Positions 27,776 through 40,416 of a DNA stretch of 64,000 nucleotides are shown here, in pieces; within the stretch, counting starts at the first letter, position 1; every line of letters begins with the position of its first letter. Made by a program: the position numbers and the translations under genes. This DNA is from a phage: sequence record MZ956761.1. One strand, written 5' to 3'. A model generated the notes under the pieces. The model was not told where the DNA came from, ran no database searches, and was given only the letters and a program-made list of their open reading frames with translations.

Positions 27776-28780
27776 TTAAAATGTAAACAGAATATTGATT
27801 TCTTCTGTTTGATCCATTGCCATAATAATAGGTGGCCTATTTTCCATATAAATCATTTCACCCGAATGCCTCATTAAATCTTCTGGGTCATAATAATCCT
27901 TTTCAGCTTTAACGTTTGGGTCATTTGGATGAGCTTTAGCTTCAAGAGGATTCGTGATTATTGATATTTGTCTAAATCCTTTATTTCCTGGCAATGCAGC
28001 TTCAGGAAAATAAACTGAATCTAAATATGCTTTAAAACGGATAGTATTTGCCTTAACACGGTAAATTAATCCAAAATCATCTTGTTGCCAAGTGAGATTA
28101 TCTTCATACCCCCATCTGGTCGGGTCTTCTTTTAATTCCTCAGGCCAAGGAACCACGATATATTCATTCGTGCATCTATTTATAGATACATCAGGCGGAA
28201 TCTCAAATAGATATTCCCACACATACCCGTCTCCGGGTTCAATTGTTCCTTCAGCATCTCCTCGACCTTCAGGCGGAGTCATTGACCTAGCAGAAGGAGT
28301 CCATTTTCCACCTAACTTAAGGCATTCATCTTTATCAGTTAAAGATGCTATTGAACACATTCCGGTATCAGGAACATCTAAACAACGATACACTAACCAA
28401 CCAGCGCCTGATTCAGTAGCGTTGTAAGGAGCTGAGTTACACACTACAATATCGTTAATTCTAAATGTGTATGGATCAGGATATCTAGTATCTCCCCAAT
28501 CTCGACGAGGAATAACTGCGTCAAGCATTGATGGAAGAACTTTTACCGTTCCCATCATATGCGTCCACATGTCAGTTACGCCTAATACAGAATCGGTTGG
28601 ATAAGGTGGGGCAAAGCCCACCTCATTTTCATTTGATGACCACGGTTCTGATCTTCCAAATGTGATAAAGATAGTGTTTTTATCCGGACCACTTCCAATT
28701 GAATTATAAAAATTCAACATTTTTTCTGTTCTAAATTTTGAAGTAACTATCGCACGATAGATAACACTTGAATCATTCAT
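27776..28780 (-). CDS. 8: gp8 baseplate wedge protein
   Basis: 334 aa; synteny. Confidence 0.9.
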   Translation of the reverse strand: MNDSSVIYRAIVTSKFRTEKMLNFYNSIGSGPDKNTIFITFGRSEPWSSNENEVGFAPPYPTDSVLGVTDMWTHMMGTVKVLPSMLDAVIPRRDWGDTRYPDPYTFRINDIVVCNSAPYNATESGAGWLVYRCLDVPDTGMCSIASLTDKDECLKLGGKWTPSARSMTPPEGRGDAEGTIEPGDGYVWEYLFEIPPDVSINRCTNEYIVVPWPEELKEDPTRWGYEDNLTWQQDDFGLIYRVKANTIRFKAYLDSVYFPEAALPGNKGFRQISIITNPLEAKAHPNDPNVKAEKDYYDPEDLMRHSGEMIYMENRPPIIMAMDQTEEINILFTF

Positions 28781-31700
28781 CTATTTTAACCTGTGTTGGA
28801 TTTTCAGGGTCTCTTGGATTTCCTATATTATCTTTTAGACGTTTATCAACTAAATCTCTAAATTGCGCAAATGTTGTTCCAGATGCATCAAATAAAGGAC
28901 TCATTAATTTACGTCGTTCAGACGGCAATTGACCTTGAAATATTGAATTATTATTTTCAGCATTATAGTCATCAGGAAGAGGATATTTTACACCAGCCAT
29001 TGGGCCAGGCTCATAAATTGCTTCGCCTGTTACTGAATCATGCTCAATTTCACCAGTTGGAGTTAATTTAGCTACTCTATCAGCATATTCAGTAGGCAAT
29101 CCAGAATCCCATTTATAGTTTTTGTATTTATTAATTATAGTCTCTGTATGTTTAAGAGTTAAACCAACATTAATAAACATCGTTAAAAGAGTAATTGCTA
29201 TAAATCCAAATCCTACTGGATGAACAAAACGAATAACGTCAGATTTCCAACGAGAAGAAGGTAAATTGGATTTAATTTTCATTACATAGTATGATCTACT
29301 TCTATTAATATAGTCTATATTGTTTTGAAGCAAATCCTTTCCTTTAACGCCACGAATAATTTCGCCTTCAAAACTAGGGAGTCTTTCTGCTTTAACTTCT
29401 TGACCAGCAATTAATCTTCCCAAAAGATTATGAATAGTTACGGTCCATTGCAATTTACCATTAGAATAGCTTCTTTCTATATAAGTAACATTACATCTTC
29501 CTGTGGCTGTATAAATCGTTTGTCCTACTAAGTCTTCAGTCAAAGAATCAGATTGAACGATTATATCATATTCAGTACCAGCCCCAGATTCAATTTCAAT
29601 TTCAACTTCTTCATTATAAAGAACTTTAAAAAGAAATTTGTATGATGCTTCAATTCCTTTAGTAGAATAAAAATCATAGCTACGCGATTCAAAGAATCTC
29701 GCAACAGCATCACGTTTATCAGCATTTAAATAAATGTTTCTTTTATATATCTCTGACCACAAATATTCCCATGCATGCTCTTCTCGTGGATATTGGTTAC
29801 GAATTAAATTTCGTAAATTGTTATACTGAGTTCCATATCCATCAGAAAGATATTGAATATATGCTTCGCAAAATGCCTCAAAATTCGAATCCTGTAACAA
29901 ATAAGAATCAGGCATCATTGTGCCAATTAATGGTCTTAAATCAGGGTCAGCTAATCCACGCTCTTCTTCTGGTGACCAAGGAGTCTCATGCTCTTGGTTT
30001 TGTAAAAATGCTTTTAAAAATACTTCAGTTGGCTTCCAAATAATTTCTACTGTATCTCTCACACGATAGTTAAAATCATAGTAAGAAATTATTTCACCGG
30101 AGGCTTTATAGAAAAGCATTCCTGATGCGTATTTTTTAAATCCAGTGAATTTAACATTTGGCATTACTATAGTACAATCGCCATCATCCCAATATTCATG
30201 AACTAATCTATCTGGTGATGTTTCCGGAATATTTTCTATAACTTTAGTGTATTTTAAATCAGCATAAACTACTACAGCTCTATCAGAGTTGTTTATCCAA
30301 CAACGTGTGTTAGATTTTTTAGACCAGTTAAAGAACGGTTCTGCGTAGTATTTCATTGGTTGAGGAGTAAAAGTCTCCCAATCAGATTTTTCATCCGCTA
30401 TAAATGCCATCATATGATAATGCTTATCAGCTAACCATTCACGAGGAAATTCATATTTAACAGCGCCAATTAACTGATATTTTGCTGCAGTTTCAGGGTC
30501 ATTAACAACATTATCACTTAAAAATTTAAAATTACTCGAAGACAGAGAAACTAATTTACCGTCAGTTGACATATTCGCATATCCGGGTTGAATACGTCTT
30601 CTTTCTTCTTCGGTATTACCAAAAACTCTTTTCCATGTTTTTTCGTCATGATTTAAAACATATATTCCTTTATCAGCGGAATCAATTATTTTTGATGTTC
30701 TCGGATTGGCATTTAATGTTTCAACTTCTCCAATAATAAGAGCAAAAACTTTATCACCGATAGAATCCATTTTATAGCATACTGCTTTAGGATTTCCGGT
30801 TATAGTCATAGTATCAGGTTCAAAAAGTCTTTCCGAATATGTTGGAGATAATGGATCAGAATCTATAGGTGCATTACTCGTTTTTATGTATCTAACTTTG
30901 TCTCTGGCGACAACGTAAATGTAATCATCGGTGCAAGTAATAGCTTCTGCAATGCGGTATACATTCGCTGGCAAAGTCGCGTAAGTGGCAAAAATTTCTA
31001 CATCAAATCCTAGATGTAATTGGTCGCCAAGTTTAGCAAATGTTATATCCTGAGAACTAAATCTGACATCATCGGCTGACCATCTAACATCAGTAGATTT
31101 GCGGCCATAGAAAATCTTGTCGTATCCTAGAACGTATGTTGTGTTCGCAGATTGGTAATATACTGTCTTAGATAAAGGATATCCTACACGGTCATTGAAG
31201 AGCTTCACAGCTTTCCAGGTTTGTCCTTTATCATTAGATACTTTAACTACGGGTTGATAGCGCTCAAAAAGATATAGAATCCCTTCTGATTCCATCAAAT
31301 AAACACGGTTAATATCCTTACATACTTGCTGAATAGAACCTTGTATTTCATGATATTCATTTTCACCAATAATAAAATTACTTATTGATGAAACATCAAC
31401 ATATGATGGGCTGAATTGGAACGATTCATTCATCAATGCAGCCATTATAGTGTCATTATTAAAATTAACATAATCAGAATTATTAAGAGTAAATTTTTCC
31501 TGAATGAATTTATTGGCTAATTGCATTTCAATCATGTTTTGAAATGTATAAGCATTTGTAGCAAAAGTTTCAAACTCTTCAGTATAAATCCAATCAGACT
31601 GCTCAAAATCTTGCGCAGCTGTAGCTACCCTAATAATGTATGATGTCAATGGATCAGCATCATCAAAAAAGAAGCTGTTATTTGCAGTATATCCTAAGTT

Positions 31701-31871
31701 AATCCATCTGTATTGATTACTCGGGAGATTTTCCCCCGAGTTTGTTTTTGTCTCAGCGATTTCTACAAAATAGTAGAAATTAGCACCAACGTCATCCCAG
31801 CGTACTTGCACCTGATTTGCGGATAACTTGGAAATTCTGAGACTAGTGACTGAAGGTGCTTTTACTGTCAT
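28773..31871 (-). CDS. 7: gp7 baseplate wedge initiator
   Basis: 1032 aa; synteny. Confidence 0.9.
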   Translation of the reverse strand: MTVKAPSVTSLRISKLSANQVQVRWDDVGANFYYFVEIAETKTNSGENLPSNQYRWINLGYTANNSFFFDDADPLTSYIIRVATAAQDFEQSDWIYTEEFETFATNAYTFQNMIEMQLANKFIQEKFTLNNSDYVNFNNDTIMAALMNESFQFSPSYVDVSSISNFIIGENEYHEIQGSIQQVCKDINRVYLMESEGILYLFERYQPVVKVSNDKGQTWKAVKLFNDRVGYPLSKTVYYQSANTTYVLGYDKIFYGRKSTDVRWSADDVRFSSQDITFAKLGDQLHLGFDVEIFATYATLPANVYRIAEAITCTDDYIYVVARDKVRYIKTSNAPIDSDPLSPTYSERLFEPDTMTITGNPKAVCYKMDSIGDKVFALIIGEVETLNANPRTSKIIDSADKGIYVLNHDEKTWKRVFGNTEEERRRIQPGYANMSTDGKLVSLSSSNFKFLSDNVVNDPETAAKYQLIGAVKYEFPREWLADKHYHMMAFIADEKSDWETFTPQPMKYYAEPFFNWSKKSNTRCWINNSDRAVVVYADLKYTKVIENIPETSPDRLVHEYWDDGDCTIVMPNVKFTGFKKYASGMLFYKASGEIISYYDFNYRVRDTVEIIWKPTEVFLKAFLQNQEHETPWSPEEERGLADPDLRPLIGTMMPDSYLLQDSNFEAFCEAYIQYLSDGYGTQYNNLRNLIRNQYPREEHAWEYLWSEIYKRNIYLNADKRDAVARFFESRSYDFYSTKGIEASYKFLFKVLYNEEVEIEIESGAGTEYDIIVQSDSLTEDLVGQTIYTATGRCNVTYIERSYSNGKLQWTVTIHNLLGRLIAGQEVKAERLPSFEGEIIRGVKGKDLLQNNIDYINRSRSYYVMKIKSNLPSSRWKSDVIRFVHPVGFGFIAITLLTMFINVGLTLKHTETIINKYKNYKWDSGLPTEYADRVAKLTPTGEIEHDSVTGEAIYEPGPMAGVKYPLPDDYNAENNNSIFQGQLPSERRKLMSPLFDASGTTFAQFRDLVDKRLKDNIGNPRDPENPTQVKIDE

Positions 31872-33850
31872 TGTGATATAGGCTCCAAATCGATAGTTAA
31901 GTATTGCGGACGTAAGTCATTTTCAAATACAATCAGTGAACCATCGCGAGTAAAGATAACATCATCGGTTGGGTCAGAATATAATTCAATAGTCTGAACT
32001 TCAAATTTTTCAGATGTTAAATTAATTTTAGCGATATTCCAATAAATCATGTCAGCCGGATAATTTATTTCACCGATAACATAGTATTTGTCACGTCCAT
32101 CAGAATTTGCTAATTTATTAAAATCATTGCCTGTATACGGCTGAATGTTTTCATTTTCTGTAACATCGCCAGAAGCAAATGGACCAATAATAACTTTACC
32201 AATTCCTTTAGAATCTCGGTCTGTTGATACTATACGAACGTCATATAATACATCTTCTTCTAAACCAGTATTAGGATTTACAACCTTTCGTCCAGAATTA
32301 AATGAAAACGTATTAGATTCCATAGAACGGTCTTTTATTTGATTATTGTATTTAATACCCGCTTCAGGCGTTTTATAGAAGTTTTGTACTTCACGAACCA
32401 TTTGAATAGTCGCTGATGAACCAATGACAGAATGATCTGCATCATCTACATATGTCAACATCTTAGATTTAGCGAAAGACGAGTTAAAAATTTCTACATC
32501 TTCGGTATAATAGCGATCAATTTTATCAATTATTTGACCTTCAAGCCACTGTTCGGATTCTTGCAGTTTATTTAAAGCATATGTGACTTTTAAATTAGTC
32601 TTAATAAAAAGATAATTAGGAGAAATAATTGATGGCGTAATAGGAGCTAAATTATAGTCTTTGAGATAATTTTTAATATCTTCACGCTGTACGGTAGTTA
32701 AATACAGACCTGATTTAGGTTTAGCAGCAATGAATGCATACCCAGGTTTAGTAGAATCAGTGAAAGTTTGAACAGCTTGAATAATAGAACCAAATCTCTC
32801 TGAAACGAATGTATCATAGTCAGTTGCAGTTACGCAGCGTTGCTGGGTTTCGCGTTTAATAGTACCCAATTCGCGAATACGCTCAATATCTTCTGGATCA
32901 CCGCCGCCATCTGCCCCAACAAAATCTGGGTCATCGTTTGGATTTTCATTAATATTGATGACAGTTATATTTGTTAATGTATCTGCGTATGAAAATCCGA
33001 CTGCTCCGTTCGCGTCAGCACCATTAGTACTGATGTACTCAATGACAATCGTAGAGTTCTGAGTAGGTTTAAGACCTCCGATATAATTAGCGGTCAAAGC
33101 TCCTTCAGAAGCATTAACAGAAATTTCACCTTCACCAAAATAGAATTCAGTGTTTCCATCAATAGTTTCACGCATATAGTAAATCGTTGATGTTGAACCA
33201 GCATGAACCATTGACTTTCTCGTCCAGTTAATCCATTCCGCTCCATCAACATATAATTTAACCTGGTTTCTATCAATATTTTTATCATAAATGATAATAG
33301 GTGTTAATTTATCATAAATGATTTCAGTTCTTACTATACGTCCCTGGGCCAATTTTAAACGCGGAAAATATTGGTTATTTTTATCACGAATAGCAATAAC
33401 GTCTTCGGTAGAAACGAAGTTATATGGATTAACAGAAGTATCTTTTGCATATGCTAAAAAGCGAGTTCCGCGAGGAATAGTAATGTAATTCCTATTCAAT
33501 GCGTCGGTGCATGTTAACATAATTTCGGTCTGCGCAGCGGATTTTGAAGTAGGTAAATATCCGTTATCTTGCGCAGCTTGAACAACTGAACTTCGTAAGT
33601 TAGCAGTACGCATAAAGCTTTCATACACAGCAGCATTACCAAACTGCTGAATGTATAATGTATTATAAGCTAAAAGGTCACACAGAACGTTTAATCTTGA
33701 GCCTTCAAAATCATAATCCAAAAATTCATTTTGGCCATTAAGCCATTCAATGAGGTTTTGTTTTATTTCAGCAAACGTACCCCCGACGAATATCTCGGGA
33801 ATAGCATTTGCTGTTCTTGTTAATTGATAATTTACAGGGGTATTTGCCAT
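31868..33850 (-). CDS. 6: gp6 baseplate wedge protein
   Basis: 660 aa; synteny. Confidence 0.9.
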   Translation of the reverse strand: MANTPVNYQLTRTANAIPEIFVGGTFAEIKQNLIEWLNGQNEFLDYDFEGSRLNVLCDLLAYNTLYIQQFGNAAVYESFMRTANLRSSVVQAAQDNGYLPTSKSAAQTEIMLTCTDALNRNYITIPRGTRFLAYAKDTSVNPYNFVSTEDVIAIRDKNNQYFPRLKLAQGRIVRTEIIYDKLTPIIIYDKNIDRNQVKLYVDGAEWINWTRKSMVHAGSTSTIYYMRETIDGNTEFYFGEGEISVNASEGALTANYIGGLKPTQNSTIVIEYISTNGADANGAVGFSYADTLTNITVININENPNDDPDFVGADGGGDPEDIERIRELGTIKRETQQRCVTATDYDTFVSERFGSIIQAVQTFTDSTKPGYAFIAAKPKSGLYLTTVQREDIKNYLKDYNLAPITPSIISPNYLFIKTNLKVTYALNKLQESEQWLEGQIIDKIDRYYTEDVEIFNSSFAKSKMLTYVDDADHSVIGSSATIQMVREVQNFYKTPEAGIKYNNQIKDRSMESNTFSFNSGRKVVNPNTGLEEDVLYDVRIVSTDRDSKGIGKVIIGPFASGDVTENENIQPYTGNDFNKLANSDGRDKYYVIGEINYPADMIYWNIAKINLTSEKFEVQTIELYSDPTDDVIFTRDGSLIVFENDLRPQYLTIDLEPISQ

Positions 33851-33858
33851 TTTAAATC

Positions 33859-34152
33859 CTATTTAATGAATACTTTAGATGATGCCTGAGCCACAGTATC
33901 ACCGCATGATATTGGATCAGCCATTTGAACAGCTTTCTTTCCAGTGACATATACCTTAGAAGTTCGAGGTTGTGTCACTCCGCCATGTGTTTCATACGGC
34001 TTTTTAATTTCTGTATGTTCTGTAATTGGATCGCCTGCTACGAGAACAGCAATTCCTCCAGTGAATACTTTACTTTGCGTAGCATTCACAACTGTTGGAG
34101 GCCACGCTTCATGGCCAGCAGTAACACACTTATCATAACTTAATCCTGACAT
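33859..34152 (-). CDS. 5.4: gp5.4 PAAR-type spike tip protein
   Basis: 97 aa, Gly-rich; between genes 5 and 6. Confidence 0.8.
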
Positions 34153-34710
34153 TTATGGCCTCTCATACACATAGCTTCTTAATTTATTAGCCCAACGACT
34201 CCAATTTCCAACTATAGTTTTAGTATAATTTTTAACTAGAGCTTTTCTCACTGGAGCAGGAGGATCTGTCGGTTCAGTAGTATCAGAAGATGACCTAGAA
34301 TTACTGCCAGAACCACCGGATTCACTTTGTTCTTGGTAGTCATATATTAATGTTACTTCGTAAGTGAATGTCTTCTGGAGATTTTGAGGAGCTTTCCACA
34401 AATACAACTGAGTATCAGAATCAGTAGGAAGTTCTTCCCATGAAGCAGCAGTTTTAAATTCATCGCCTAAACGATATTTCAACGCGTCATTTCCGAAACC
34501 AAATACAGATTCATATGTTCCATATAAGCGATTTTCTTCTACTAAAACCCCAGGAGTTTCTTCGTAACTAGTTATATTTATAGATACTAACGTTTCACCT
34601 GTTTCTAATTGAGCGGTAAAGGTGACGTCGATAGAAGAACCTTCCATGGATTCTCCTAAATCAGCGCTCATTGGAAGTATATTAGCCAATGTCAATCCTC
34701 GATCCATCAA
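34153..34710 (-). CDS. hypothetical protein (position of T4 5.1)
   Basis: 185-aa ORF between gene 5 and 5.4. Confidence 0.55.
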
Positions 34711-36409
34711 TTGTGTATTGACCAGATGAAATAGAATTCATAGATGCCATTTTTTCTGTCCAATCACCACCAACGTCCCAATCAACTGTCCCAGCAACTT
34801 TCCAAGAAAGATTTCCATTTACTGTGTTAGTTTGATTTCCTTCAACTAAAGTGGTAGCATCTCCTTTAACTGTAATGTCAGCATTACCTTCAACTATAAT
34901 AGTAACATTACCTTTAACTAGGATAGTTCCATTACCTTCAACAGTTTTCGTTTCGTCGCCGCGCACAAATATTGTATTGCTTCCATCTATTTGGTGAAGA
35001 CGATTATCCATGTTGTAATAAATTTCTGATCCACCGACGTTAGTCTTTTTATCACCGGCTACCAAAAAATTACCATCAGCATTTGTTATATCATACAAAT
35101 TATCAACAGTTTTTCTTGTTCTTCTTCCTGACGGTGATACTTCTTCATAAGTTCCAGTTGGATGAACTAATCTGTATCGTTCTTGCCCAGGGGTATCATC
35201 AAATTCCTGAATATGTCCGCTTTCAGTTTCCATTGTATGCACATAAGGATATTCGCCTTTATATGAAGAAACTGGTTCTTTGAATAAAATTCTCGAGTCA
35301 TTTGGAATAGGAGGATCAGCAGGGTCAGAAGATTTAGCTACAGTAGCAGCCATTGCAGATAAAGACCTAGCTGGTGTTTTCACTTCAACACCATATGATT
35401 CCAAATTTCCCGTAAGAATAATCATGGTAACACGGGATGCACGACCTTTTGTTTGTTGATACCACAATGAATCACGACCGGCTTTATATGCTTTTTCCCA
35501 ATCTCCTGCTAACATAGCAGTTAACATTGTGTTAAATTTAGCGACACCACCAACACCCATCTGAAATGCCATATTTTCTAATGCCATTTGACGAGAACGG
35601 TTGACAGCTTGCCAGACTGGTCCTACTTTAGAATGTGATTTAATGTCACGTTGCATATCAGCCAAATCACGCTCAAATAAAGCTGTCGCTTCTTCCATTG
35701 TAATAGAACCTGGATTTCCTGTAATTTCACGACCAACTTGTTTTGATAAAACTTTATTAATTTGAGCCATATCACGAACTGGCTGCTTCATGATAAGATG
35801 ACCAATACCAATTGTCGGATATCCTTCGGTATCCCAATAAACTTTTAGTCTTAATCCTTCATCACGGCGAAGCATTTCAGCCATTGACATATTTGGATTA
35901 TCATCGGTTGGAATCTCTGATAGTGGTCTATCATCGGGATTTATTGCGGTGTCTAAGTTACTATCTTGGATAATGTTAGAAGACGAATCATATCCTACTT
36001 CTCCGCCTTGGTTTAGTACGTTCGTATCATTTCCTAAACGTCTAGGATACTGCCCAGTTGGGTCAGAAAATCCTTCAAGTCTATTCGGTTTTTCGCGAAC
36101 TATTCCACCATACGTGCCAAGGACAATTCCGTTAGTTTTCCATTTGTCTAAAAAATGACCATAAACTCTAGTTCCTTCTACTGGCCCTGTAACAGAACCT
36201 CCAATTCCTGACATTGCTGCAGAAGTTATAGGTTGAATAACTGACATCCATGGTAATTTTTCAGTTGGAATACCCATTACATCACCTTGTGCTCTTTGAG
36301 GTGGATGCAAACCAACCACACGAACACGAACACGACCTAATTTTAATGGGTCCATTCTATCTTCAACAACACCAACAAACCAATTAAGGTTATTACTTAT
36401 CATTTCCAT
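34682..36409 (-). CDS. 5: gp5 baseplate hub with tail lysozyme domain
   Basis: 575 aa; internal lysozyme block EGLRLKVYWDTEGYPTIGIGHLI paralogous to gene e. Confidence 0.92.
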   Translation of the reverse strand: MEMISNNLNWFVGVVEDRMDPLKLGRVRVRVVGLHPPQRAQGDVMGIPTEKLPWMSVIQPITSAAMSGIGGSVTGPVEGTRVYGHFLDKWKTNGIVLGTYGGIVREKPNRLEGFSDPTGQYPRRLGNDTNVLNQGGEVGYDSSSNIIQDSNLDTAINPDDRPLSEIPTDDNPNMSMAEMLRRDEGLRLKVYWDTEGYPTIGIGHLIMKQPVRDMAQINKVLSKQVGREITGNPGSITMEEATALFERDLADMQRDIKSHSKVGPVWQAVNRSRQMALENMAFQMGVGGVAKFNTMLTAMLAGDWEKAYKAGRDSLWYQQTKGRASRVTMIILTGNLESYGVEVKTPARSLSAMAATVAKSSDPADPPIPNDSRILFKEPVSSYKGEYPYVHTMETESGHIQEFDDTPGQERYRLVHPTGTYEEVSPSGRRTRKTVDNLYDITNADGNFLVAGDKKTNVGGSEIYYNMDNRLHQIDGSNTIFVRGDETKTVEGNGTILVKGNVTIIVEGNADITVKGDATTLVEGNQTNTVNGNLSWKVAGTVDWDVGGDWTEKMASMNSISSGQYTIDGSRIDIG

Positions 36410-36983
36410 AAGATTTCTCCATTATACGTATAAGGTCGTTCATAAATGAATTGATGTCTGATTTTGCTATTATTTTTATTTGACGAAGTTTTTCATTTTC
36501 AAGAACAGCCGCTTCATACGTATCGACCGCAGCAAGTGCTCCTTCATATTGAGGATATTTTCTAGCTTTATCGCCTTTATCATACCAAACATATGGATTA
36601 TCATCGTATGATATTAAATTATAAAATTTTTCACCGTTCTCATTCACATGATATACTATCTGGTCTCCACCCACATTTTTGTATTTTTGTATAGATGCTT
36701 GATAAGCTGCTTCTTGTGAAGTAATCCATCCATAATATGGATCATAATTATCATTACACATCAATAAAACCCAATACAGCTGTGGATTTCCATATATAGT
36801 ATTTGCTAATTCTTCCGGGCGTGGTGAACCTTTAATATAGTAAGTACGTAAGCGGTATCCCGCAAGAGCGCGTTTAAAATAGTCTTTATAGTTTCTAAAA
36901 ATATCTGTCATAGGAATAGTCGGCGCGTTTTTATTCACCGTTTTGGCCGCATATTCAATCGGATCAAAAAATGTAAAGAGCAT
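36393..36983 (-). CDS. 53: gp53 baseplate wedge protein
   Basis: 196 aa; synteny. Confidence 0.85.
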   Translation of the reverse strand: MLFTFFDPIEYAAKTVNKNAPTIPMTDIFRNYKDYFKRALAGYRLRTYYIKGSPRPEELANTIYGNPQLYWVLLMCNDNYDPYYGWITSQEAAYQASIQKYKNVGGDQIVYHVNENGEKFYNLISYDDNPYVWYDKGDKARKYPQYEGALAAVDTYEAAVLENEKLRQIKIIAKSDINSFMNDLIRIMEKSYGNDK

Positions 36984-36996
36984 GGGCCCTCCTGTT

Positions 36997-37004
36997 TATA
37001 AATA
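36997..37004 (+). promoter_or_regulatory. T4-type late promoter for gene 4
   Basis: TATAAATA about 27 bp upstream of gene 4 ATG. Confidence 0.5.
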
Positions 37005-37011
37005 TATTATC

Positions 37012-37019
37012 TATTTATA
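37012..37019 (-). promoter_or_regulatory. T4-type late promoter for gene 53
   Basis: TATTTATA on plus strand about 29 bp upstream of gene 53 start. Confidence 0.5.
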
Positions 37020-37030
37020 AGGAGAATCCA

Positions 37031-37483
37031 ATGGCATATTCTGGAAAATGGGTTCCTAAAAATATATCAAAATATAGAGGTGACCCTAAAAAAATTACGT
37101 ATAGATCAAATTGGGAAAAATTCTTTTTTGAATGGTTAGATAAAAATCCAGAAATTATTGCATGGGGTAGTGAAACAGCAGTAATTCCTTATTTTTGTAA
37201 TGCAGAAGGGAAAAAACGTAGATACTTCATGGATATTTGGATGAAAGATTCTTCTGGACAAGAATTTTTTATTGAAATAAAACCTAAAAAAGAAACACAA
37301 CCACCAGTTAAACCAGCACATCTAACAACTGCAGCGAAGAAAAGATTTATGAATGAAATTTATACCTGGTCTGTGAACACTGACAAATGGAAAGCAGCAC
37401 AATCTTTAGCTGAAAAGCGTGGAATAAAATTTAGAATTTTAACAGAAGATGGATTACGAGCTCTTGGCTTTAAGGGGGCATAA
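37031..37483 (+). CDS. 4: gp4 head completion protein
   Basis: 150 aa; synteny. Confidence 0.85.
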   Translation: MAYSGKWVPKNISKYRGDPKKITYRSNWEKFFFEWLDKNPEIIAWGSETAVIPYFCNAEGKKRRYFMDIWMKDSSGQEFFIEIKPKKETQPPVKPAHLTTAAKKRFMNEIYTWSVNTDKWKAAQSLAEKRGIKFRILTEDGLRALGFKGA

Positions 37484-38307
37484 TGGCTATTTTTCAAATA
37501 ATTAATGAAAGCACTCCCAAAGTTCCAAAGGTTAAGCAATCATTAAACGAAAAGAAATGGATTCAGATAGGTCTTGAATATAAAAAGGCCAAAGCAAAAG
37601 GAATGACAGGAAAGCAATTTGCTGAAGAAAGAGGAATCAAATACTCTACGTTTACTTCGGCAATGTCAAAATATGCTTCAGGAATTAAAACGGCTGAAAA
37701 GATTCAAAAGCTTGAATCAAAACCAATGAATAAACTCAATAAGCAAGAAAGACAACTGCTTATGATAAATTCATTCAGACAAACATTGCGCGATAAAATT
37801 CGTAATGAAGGTGCAGCAATTAATAATAAAACCAGAAAGTGGTTTGCTGAAACTATTAAGCAAGTAAAAGGACATAAAGTTGTTCGCCCGCAGCCGGGAC
37901 GAATATATGCTTTTGCTTATGATGCTAAGCACAAGGAAACTCTTCCTTACTGGGATAAATTTCCTTTGATAATTTACCTTGGTTTAGGTAAGCATAATTT
38001 AATGTACGGATTAAACTTGCACTATATTCCACCTAAAGCTCGTCAGCAATTCCTAGAAGAGCTTTTAAAGCAATATGCAAATACACCGACTATTACTAAT
38101 AAAACGAAATTAAAAATTGATTGGAGTCAAGTGAAAGGATTTAGGGGTGCAGACCAAATGATTAAGGCATATATACCTGGTAATATTATGGGTAGCCTTG
38201 TTGAAATCGCCCCGAAAGACTGGGCGAACGTTGTGTTGATGCCACTTCAGCAGTTCGTTTCAAAAGGAAAACGTTTCTCTGCAAACAAAGTCTGGTCAAA
38301 TATCTAA
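37483..38307 (+). CDS. 2: gp2 DNA end protector protein
   Basis: 274 aa; overlaps gene 4 stop. Confidence 0.85.
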   Translation: MAIFQIINESTPKVPKVKQSLNEKKWIQIGLEYKKAKAKGMTGKQFAEERGIKYSTFTSAMSKYASGIKTAEKIQKLESKPMNKLNKQERQLLMINSFRQTLRDKIRNEGAAINNKTRKWFAETIKQVKGHKVVRPQPGRIYAFAYDAKHKETLPYWDKFPLIIYLGLGKHNLMYGLNLHYIPPKARQQFLEELLKQYANTPTITNKTKLKIDWSQVKGFRGADQMIKAYIPGNIMGSLVEIAPKDWANVVLMPLQQFVSKGKRFSANKVWSNI

Positions 38308-38413
38308 TTCTATTATCTTCCATTCTTTTCTATTGTTTGTTCTAATTGGAATTGAATGGAAGGGACTTAGACCCATTATACCACCAACATTTATGAAGCA
38401 TTATGAGGAATAT

Positions 38414-38944
38414 ATGTCGCAAGCACTACAACAAATTTTTAACCAAGCAAATACAACTAACTTTGTAGTATCAATACCGCATAGTAATACTACATCTGCT
38501 TTTACTTTAAATGCTCAGTCAGTTCCTATTCCGGGAATTAGGATACCTGTTACTGATACCGTGACTGGGCCGTTTGGACTAGGCCGAGCACAACGTCCAG
38601 GTGTTACATTTGAGTACGACCCACTCATCGTGAGATTTATAGTTGATGAAGAGCTTAAGTCATGGATAGGAATGTATGAATGGATGCTAGGAACTAGTAA
38701 CTATCTTACAGGCGAAAATACTGCCCAAAAAACAGGTCCTGAATACATTACGCTTTACATTTTAGATAATAGTAAAACTGAAATTGTGATGTCAATAAAT
38801 TTTTATAAGCCTTGGGTTTCTGACCTCTCTGAAGTAGAATTTAGCTACACGGAAGATTCAGACCCAGCCTTAGTATGCACAGCAACGATTCCTTATACGT
38901 ATTTTCAAGTAGAAAAAGATGGCAAAATTATAGCAGAAGTTTAA
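38414..38944 (+). CDS. 3: gp3 tail tube terminator
   Basis: 176 aa from Met of MSQALQQ with GAGGAA SD; track ORF is 27 codons longer. Confidence 0.8.
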   Translation: MSQALQQIFNQANTTNFVVSIPHSNTTSAFTLNAQSVPIPGIRIPVTDTVTGPFGLGRAQRPGVTFEYDPLIVRFIVDEELKSWIGMYEWMLGTSNYLTGENTAQKTGPEYITLYILDNSKTEIVMSINFYKPWVSDLSEVEFSYTEDSDPALVCTATIPYTYFQVEKDGKIIAEV

Positions 38945-38993
38945 TGCTTCAGTTTCATGTGTTATAATCTTAACTAAATTTGAGGAGAAACAT

Positions 38994-39706
38994 ATGAAAC
39001 TAATCTTTTTAAGCGGTGTAAAGCGTAGTGGAAAAGATACTACTGCTGATTTTATCATGAGCAATTATTCTGCAGTTAAATACCAACTTGCTGGTCCTAT
39101 TAAGGATGCATTGGCTTATGCATGGGGAGTATTTGTAGCAAACACTGACTATCCTTGTTTAACTCGTAAAGAGTTTGAAGGAATTGACTATGATCGTGAA
39201 ACTAATTTAAATCTGACTAAATTAGAAGTAATTACGATTATGGAACAAGCATTTTGCTATCTTAATAGTAAAAGCCCAATTAAAGGTGTGTTTGTTTTTG
39301 ATGACGCAGTTAATTTCGTAGCATTTAACAAGATTGCTGACGTTATAAATAATATTGAAGATCAATGGTCAGTCCGTCGTCTGATGCAAGCCCTAGGTAC
39401 GGATTTGATTGTTAATAACTTCGACCGCATGTATTGGGTAAAATTATTTGCTTTAGATTATCTTGATAAATTTAACTCAGGTTATGATTATTATATCGTT
39501 CCTGATACTCGTCAAGATCATGAAATGGATGCGGCTAGGGCGATGGGTGCTACAGTAATTCATGTAGTTCGTCCTGGTCAAAAATCCAATGATACTCATA
39601 TTACAGAAGCTGGATTGCCAATTCGTGATGGCGATTTAGTAATTACAAACGATGGTTCTCTTGAAGAACTTTTTTCTAAAATTAAAAATACACTAAAGGT
39701 ACTATA

Positions 39707-39707
<1 letters not shown>
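38994..39707 (+). CDS. 1: gp1 dNMP kinase
   Basis: 237 aa; P-loop GVKRSGKDT. Confidence 0.85.
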
Positions 39708-40404
<697 letters not shown>

Positions 40405-40416
40405 TTTCACAAAGTT

